A stretch of 64,000 bases of DNA from the NCBI GenBank assembly GCA_038134595.1, contig JAYPVM010000004.1, positions 37,573-101,572 of the forward strand, in the 5' to 3' direction. Numbering within the stretch: the first letter of the stretch is position 1; each line of letters opens with the position of its first letter. This stretch comes from Pseudomonadota bacterium (GTDB taxonomy: Bacteria; Bdellovibrionota_C; UBA2361; OMII01). The position numbers were made by a program, and so were the translations under genes. Below the pieces are notes generated by a model, which did no database searches, was not told the DNA's origin, and was given only the letters and a program-made list of their open reading frames with translations. Below, in pieces: positions 58,827-64,000 of this stretch.

Positions 58827-59067
58827 TGCCGTTCTCCCTAGTCGGTCTATATGTATAGGTATTTACTTTTGTATTGCAGAAAACTCTACTATCAAAGTGC
58901 GGTAAGATTCAATGGTTTGGGGGCATCTTGATGCTTTTTTGCGCATCATGATATTCAATATTTTGCCATTTTGATATCCGCCGAGACCTTCATAAAACTG
59001 GGGAATGCTCGGAGTTAGGATACGCTTTGTGCTTGGCATTGCCAACTTCAAACGGTATGTTACCGAC

Positions 59068-59352
59068 ATGCGTTCAACCACTTCATTGTACCTTTTGTTG
59101 TTTGCCCTGGCGGCGGCCATCGTTTCTTTTGTGGCCGATGATGGTTTTAGTAAGCTGTCTGCTCTAAATCGCAACTTAGAACAGCAGACGAGAACAAATG
59201 AAAAGCTTGAAGAGGTAGTTGAAGTCCTTCGGGAGCAGGTGAAGGGGCTGCAAGCTGACTCGCGAGTTATTGAGAAAGCGGCACGAAGTGAATTGGGCAT
59301 GGCTCGTTCTAACGAGTTGATTGTTGTTTTTGAAAAGAAAGAGCCTCAGTAG
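59068..59352 (+). CDS. ftsB: Septum formation initiator FtsB/DivIC
   Basis: TM + coiled coil + IEKAARSELGM...E. Confidence 0.8.
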   Translation: MRSTTSLYLLLFALAAAIVSFVADDGFSKLSALNRNLEQQTRTNEKLEEVVEVLREQVKGLQADSRVIEKAARSELGMARSNELIVVFEKKEPQ

Positions 59353-59363
59353 AGATAACAAAG

Positions 59364-59840
59364 ATGGCGCAGAGCAAGCAAAACAACACGGCGGGGCCGA
59401 CGTTATCGGCAGAGGGCGCACAAACGAAAAAAGGCCCTGTAAAGCTTACCAATGCACGTTCCCAATACTTGAAGGAGAATCCGGGTAAGTGGCGGAAGCG
59501 GAGATCTGGTCACGTCGTTTCGGATCTGACCAAAGCCAAGGGAGTTCTTAGTAAGGTGCTTGCGTTTCGAGGCTTAGATAAAAAAATTGAGCGGTACGGT
59601 TTTGTTTTGAAGTGGGAGAGGATTGTAGGAAAGCGTCTCGCTGAGGTGACTCGACCAGAGTTTATTCGAAATCACACGTTAGTAGTTTCTGTATTGCATT
59701 CCACGTGGGCGCAAGAGCTAACGATGATGAAGCCTTCGTTGATAAAGTCGTTAGCGCGACATCTCCAGCCGGGTGATATTGTGCGCGATATGGTGTTTCA
59801 GGTAAGAGATTTTAACTCTGTTACCGTTAGTGAATCGTAG
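59364..59840 (+). CDS. DUF721/DciA-family protein
   Basis: W..IVG..LA..TRP, L.V.V.HS.WAQEL. Confidence 0.8.
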   Translation: MAQSKQNNTAGPTLSAEGAQTKKGPVKLTNARSQYLKENPGKWRKRRSGHVVSDLTKAKGVLSKVLAFRGLDKKIERYGFVLKWERIVGKRLAEVTRPEFIRNHTLVVSVLHSTWAQELTMMKPSLIKSLARHLQPGDIVRDMVFQVRDFNSVTVSES

Positions 59841-59992
59841 CAGTGCATGATACCGGATATATTGGGCGTTTTTTAAACAAATTGGCAGATTGTTCTAGTG
59901 GCTGAGAAATTGCTGGAGTCGCGTACGGGAGGGTAGTGCTGTAGACGAGGCCAGGCTGGGGCCTTGTGAAAGAAGCCTTGTTTGAAGTGTTG

Positions 59993-60397
59993 TCAGGAGT
60001 TTGGATTGGGGATCTCTGAGATGCGAACCTCTCGGATATTTGAATTCTTTTTGCCGTCTGATTTGGCATAACGAGCACTGCGTTTTAGAGCGACCTCTCT
60101 TAATGCTGTGGCTTCTCCAACTGCAACTGCAAGCAACTCTGGCTGTGAGTAGGGGGTTTCTGCCTGATTAATTTTTTCTTGGATACGGATTTTGAGTGCA
60201 GTTGCGTAATTTGCCAAAGGAGCTTTGAAGTACTTGTGTTGTAGAATTGCTTGGGTCAATATCTGTGCAACTTGAGACCCTGTTGTTGAGTATCTCATTA
60301 GTGCAGACACCTCGGCCTCGAGGCCGGTTGGTTTGGGAAGTTTTAGGTTCTTAGAATCTATTGCTTGCGAGGATTTGCTCGATTGGGACGGTGCCAT
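59993..60397 (-). CDS. Hypothetical protein
   Basis: 134 aa ORF with a GGAG RBS; no recognisable motif. Confidence 0.55.
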   Translation of the reverse strand: MAPSQSSKSSQAIDSKNLKLPKPTGLEAEVSALMRYSTTGSQVAQILTQAILQHKYFKAPLANYATALKIRIQEKINQAETPYSQPELLAVAVGEATALREVALKRSARYAKSDGKKNSNIREVRISEIPNPNS

Positions 60398-60496
60398 GAT
60401 TACGATAACTCCAAATATGGTCAGCTCTAGACTATACCAAAGGTCTCTTCCTCTGTGAACCTTTAGGAGAACCTCTGTAAGTTTTATTCGAGATGA

Positions 60497-61051
60497 TTAT
60501 GGGACCGTTGGTGGCTGAAAAAATACTAACTGGGAGTTTCCATAGGTGCGTTTCTGACTCTCTACTAGGGTCTCCATTTCAAGGGTCTCATATTCTTTAG
60601 GATCTATTTGTACGATGATGATCCCATCTGATTTTAGAAGGTGTGGTCGTTCTGCAATGACTCGCATAGCTTCGATCCAGATGCCTTTGTATTGGGGCGG
60701 CGCTACAAAAATAAGGTCAAAAGCCTTTGATGTGTTCTTTAGGTAGATGAATGCATCTGTGTGTCGTACCTCTGCTTGCTTCTCTAATCTGGTAGCGCCT
60801 AAGTTTTTTTGTATTGTTGCGACCGCTTTTGCGTTTGTATCTAGAAAAACACAGTGTTCAGCGCCTTGGCTCAAAGCCTCTATGCCAATTGCGCCTGTTC
60901 CACCGAACAGATCGAGGACTCGAGCGTCGGGGAGATGGGGACGTATGATATCAAAAAGCGGTACTTTAACCCGGTCGAGTATCGGGCGAGTTGAATCTCC
61001 CGGCACTGATTGTAGGTTGGTCCCTTTGGCTTTTCCACCGATAACACGCAT
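60497..61051 (-). CDS. rsmD: 16S rRNA m2G966 methyltransferase RsmD
   Basis: MRVIGG..KG, TRP..DRVK..LF, LDLFGGTG.IGIEALSQGA, FDLIFVAPPQY. Confidence 0.9.
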   Translation of the reverse strand: MRVIGGKAKGTNLQSVPGDSTRPILDRVKVPLFDIIRPHLPDARVLDLFGGTGAIGIEALSQGAEHCVFLDTNAKAVATIQKNLGATRLEKQAEVRHTDAFIYLKNTSKAFDLIFVAPPQYKGIWIEAMRVIAERPHLLKSDGIIIVQIDPKEYETLEMETLVESQKRTYGNSQLVFFQPPTVP

Positions 61052-61101
61052 TGGTATCTTTTCCGTTTGAGGGGAAAGGGCACTGCTGTAATTTCACAAA
61101 A

Positions 61102-62388
61102 CTATAGCGTGCGATCCATATCCCAATTCTCAAGGTAGTCTCGGATGAATGCCAGGAATTGTCCACCGAGTGAGCCGTCTACAATCCTGTGATCGTAGGA
61201 GAGCGTTAGGTAGCAAATCTGCCGGATAGCTATCATATCATCTATGACAACAGGTCGTTTCTTAATGGCCCCTAAGCACAAGATCGCTACTTGCGGTTGG
61301 TTTATAATAGGGGTGCCGATAATAGTACCGAAGACCCCTGGATTAGTGACGGTAAAGGTTCCTCCAGCCACGTCGTCAGGGACCAGTTTTTTGTTGCGAG
61401 CACGCTGCGCCAAGTCATTAAGGGAGCGTGCGATACCGACAAGATTCTTCTCCTCAGCCTTCTTTATGACGGGAACAATAAGTCCAGTGTTTCCAAGTGC
61501 TACAGCACATCCTAAATTCACATGTTTCTTGAGGATTACTTTTTTGCCCTCAATGGAGGAGTTAACGTAAGGGAATGCCTCAAGAGCCTTTACCGTAGCC
61601 TCGAGGAAAAAGGGTGTGAAACTTAAGTTGAAGCCCTCACTCTTTTTGAATGCACCTTTTTGCTTCGCTCTCCAGTTTGCGATGTTAGTAACATCGATCT
61701 CTTGAATCGAGTAAACATGGGGAGATGTTTGTTTTGAGCGCACCATGTGATCAGCGATTGCCTGACGCATCGCATCCATCATAACTACTTGAGTTCCATC
61801 AGCACCCCATTCGCCATTTATAGAGGGAGTTGGTTTCGATTCTTTCGGCTTAGCTGGTGTTGGTTGTTTCTGAGGCGTGCTCTCCTTGCTCTCAATGTAC
61901 TTGAGGAGATCCTCCTTATTAACGCGTCCGTTTACTCCCGATCCCTCAATTGAATCAAGCTCCTGAAGGGAGATTCCTTCTTTCTCTGCAAGGCTCTTTA
62001 CTAACGGAGAGTACGAGCGTTCTCCACTTTCACGTTCCGTTGTTTCAGGCGGTGTTTGGGCAACTTGAGTGGAAGAAGAAGCGAGGGCGTCTTTTTGGCT
62101 AGCAGTTTCATGAGTTCCGTTTGAGCTAGGAGCTGCTCCGTTAGCCGTTGCTTGGGTGTCGATGACTGCAATCTTTGTTTTTACTGGGACAACATCTCCC
62201 TCGTTAAACAACACCTCTGAGAGAACTCCTGCGGCTGGAGCTGGAATCTCCGAATCAACTTTGTCCGTTGATATTTCGAGGATAACCTCATCTTTCTCGA
62301 CTGACTCTCCCGGACCTTTGAGCCATTTTGAGATTGTTGCTTCAGCTATCGACTCGCCCATTTGTGGCATCAACATCTCGACTTTCAT
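61102..62388 (-). CDS. Dihydrolipoamide acyltransferase (E2) of a 2-oxoacid dehydrogenase
   Basis: Lipoyl domain STDKVDSE, E3-binding GSGVNGRVNKED, catalytic SYDHRIVDG; no E1/E3 neighbours. Confidence 0.93.
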   Translation of the reverse strand: MKVEMLMPQMGESIAEATISKWLKGPGESVEKDEVILEISTDKVDSEIPAPAAGVLSEVLFNEGDVVPVKTKIAVIDTQATANGAAPSSNGTHETASQKDALASSSTQVAQTPPETTERESGERSYSPLVKSLAEKEGISLQELDSIEGSGVNGRVNKEDLLKYIESKESTPQKQPTPAKPKESKPTPSINGEWGADGTQVVMMDAMRQAIADHMVRSKQTSPHVYSIQEIDVTNIANWRAKQKGAFKKSEGFNLSFTPFFLEATVKALEAFPYVNSSIEGKKVILKKHVNLGCAVALGNTGLIVPVIKKAEEKNLVGIARSLNDLAQRARNKKLVPDDVAGGTFTVTNPGVFGTIIGTPIINQPQVAILCLGAIKKRPVVIDDMIAIRQICYLTLSYDHRIVDGSLGGQFLAFIRDYLENWDMDRTL

Positions 62389-62593
62389 TGCTACAGGCTC
62401 CTTAGGAATCTCTATATTTATTAAAACAGTTTTTGCACGAAGCTCGAAAACTTGCGATTATGTTTATAGACCGTTATCGCATTAAGAGAAAGTTATCACA
62501 GCTAACATTAACAAGCTTCTCAGTAAATGAGATGAATTGGCGTTGTGATTAGAATCTTTATTTTGTGGTGAGATAATCAGTAGGTGTCGAGAT

Positions 62594-63217
62594 CTACTGA
62601 CCGACCGCTATCGCCCTAGGAGACGCTGTTTTATTACGATCGCTCGATACTCCAATTTCGAGGCGTTCAGCGTAGCATCTTGAGCAGGCAGGAAGATACT
62701 TCTCCTCTGAACCGAGCTCGACTGACGGGCCTTCCAGGGTCGGAACGCCATTTTTGAATTTAAGATTAAAAAGCGCGCGCTTGTCGCAAAAAAAGCACGT
62801 TGTTTTTATTTCGCTTATCTCATCTGCGAGTTCAAGAAGGCGTTGTGAGCCTTTGAATAGATTTCGTTTGAAGTCAGAACGGAGTCCATAGCAGATTACT
62901 GGTATATCCAAATCGATTGAGAGGGCTCGTAACTGAGTCACAAATTGAGGGGTCAAAAACTGAGCCTCATCTATAAGAATGCAGTTTATGTTGTTGAAAT
63001 CGCAGTACTTTAGAACCGTATTATGCTCGATTAAAAGATCTGCTTCCCGCTCGAGTCCTGCCCGAGATTTGACCAATCGCTTGCCAAATCGGGTGTCCAG
63101 TGAGGGTTTCATCACCACAACTTTCTTGCCTTGTTGGGTGTATGAGTGCGCTACTGCTAGTAAATTGAGTGTCTTAGCACTTCCTACAGTACCGTAACGG
63201 AAATAGAGCTTAGCCAT
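62594..63217 (-). CDS. tdk: Thymidine kinase
   Basis: YG.VGSAKT, SRAG, IDEAQF, YGLRSDF, CFFC...CSRC zinc site. Confidence 0.94.
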   Translation of the reverse strand: MAKLYFRYGTVGSAKTLNLLAVAHSYTQQGKKVVVMKPSLDTRFGKRLVKSRAGLEREADLLIEHNTVLKYCDFNNINCILIDEAQFLTPQFVTQLRALSIDLDIPVICYGLRSDFKRNLFKGSQRLLELADEISEIKTTCFFCDKRALFNLKFKNGVPTLEGPSVELGSEEKYLPACSRCYAERLEIGVSSDRNKTASPRAIAVGQ

Positions 63218-63428
63218 AATAGTTCTTCGTTTCCTTCCTTGTGCTTTGCCATTGTCCTGGTAGCCTATAGAAAAACGGAGTGATAGTGAATCTTTCTTTC
63301 ATGTTTCCTGGTAGTACCGCTTGGTTGCCGTGCCGTTTTGTCGTGTATCGACATCTTATAGATACGGCAGGATTTAGTATGGATTAGACCTTCAACGTGG
63401 GGAAAAGAGTATGTTAATTCGGAAAGTT

Positions 63429-64000
63429 ATGACCCGTCCACAAAGTGTTTTATACATTCTTTGGAGCTTTTGTATCGTTGTGATGGGCGTAGGGATTTGG
63501 CTGTTAGGGGGATTGAGCCGAGCATTTGTGGCTAATCCTGTTTTTAATACGGTGATTCTTTGTACCTTAGTGGTTGGAATCATAGCCGCCATTCGACAGG
63601 TTTTACGGATCGATGCGAGTGTAAGATGGCTTCATGCAAAGGAAGACAGCAAAACTGATATAGCTGGCACGCCTTACCTGTTAGTTCCTCTATTCCCGGT
63701 TTTGAAATCAGAGCAAGAGGAGCCGACGTGTAGTCCCCTTTCGTTGAAGGCTATGCTTGATGGAGTGTTTGTGCGCCTTGATGATGGACGAGAGGTGACG
63801 AGATACATCATGAACGTTCTGATCCTCTTAGGGCTTCTTGGAACCTTCTGGGGGCTATTGCAGACAGTTGGAGGAATCGGTTCTGTTATTGGAGGATTAA
63901 GCCTCTCTGAGGGCGATGTTTCGACAGTCTTTGATAGCTTTAAAGCGGGATTGCAGCGTCCTCTCGATGGAATGGGGATTTCATTTAGTGCCTCTTTGTT
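63429..64000 (+). CDS. MotA/TolQ/ExbB proton-channel family protein, runs off the window
   Basis: Not in the ORF track. Manual translation from ATG 63429: MTRPQSVL...ANPVFN..I...RLDDGRE..RY...LILLGLLGTFWGLL.TV...GLQRPLDGMGISFSASL. Confidence 0.8.
   Translation, partial: MTRPQSVLYILWSFCIVVMGVGIWLLGGLSRAFVANPVFNTVILCTLVVGIIAAIRQVLRIDASVRWLHAKEDSKTDIAGTPYLLVPLFPVLKSEQEEPTCSPLSLKAMLDGVFVRLDDGREVTRYIMNVLILLGLLGTFWGLLQTVGGIGSVIGGLSLSEGDVSTVFDSFKAGLQRPLDGMGISFSASL

Noticed and set aside
2..63592. Numerous short ORFs antisense to or overlapping confident genes (e.g. 446-793, 3732-4271, 30870-31331, 58863-59300, 63392-63592)
   Set aside because: Shadow ORFs without motifs that overlap better-supported CDS
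63429..64000. Zorya ZorA defence gene, or a flagellar stator partner for the orphan fliG
   Set aside because: The gene is truncated by the window edge and only generic MotA/TolQ/ExbB motifs are visible, with no partner genes in view

Overview
A 64 kb chromosomal window of a Gram-negative bacterium (lnt, OmpA lipoprotein, porin). The gene repertoire suggests a deltaproteobacteria-like lineage such as Bdellovibrionota or Myxococcota, but this is inference only. About 60 CDS are present, mostly housekeeping genes in an unusually shuffled order: fabF-acpP, surE, rsfS, argF, typA, fliG, cysS, leuA, holB, lnt-eno, ftsB-dciA, rsmD, a 2-oxoacid dehydrogenase E2 and tdk. I found no rRNA, intact tRNA, CRISPR array, transposase, integrase or phage gene. 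The most notable items are: (1) a solitary VirD4/TraG-type coupling ATPase with an extra C-terminal domain and no other T4SS genes; (2) a porin / FMN-binding protein / His-containing membrane protein / ApbE flavinylation operon whose enzyme and target motifs are both non-canonical; (3) a nickel-pincer larA-larB-larE cluster without larC; (4) an AviRb-like and a divergent RlmN-like rRNA methyltransferase; (5) a structured ~240 nt leader or sRNA with a sigma54-like promoter and terminator; (6) a leaderless Leu-rich attenuator upstream of leuA; (7) two tandem degenerate 5' halves of tRNA-Leu(TAA); (8) an Egghead/BRE-3-like GT2. All family calls come from motif recognition by eye; no database searches were run.
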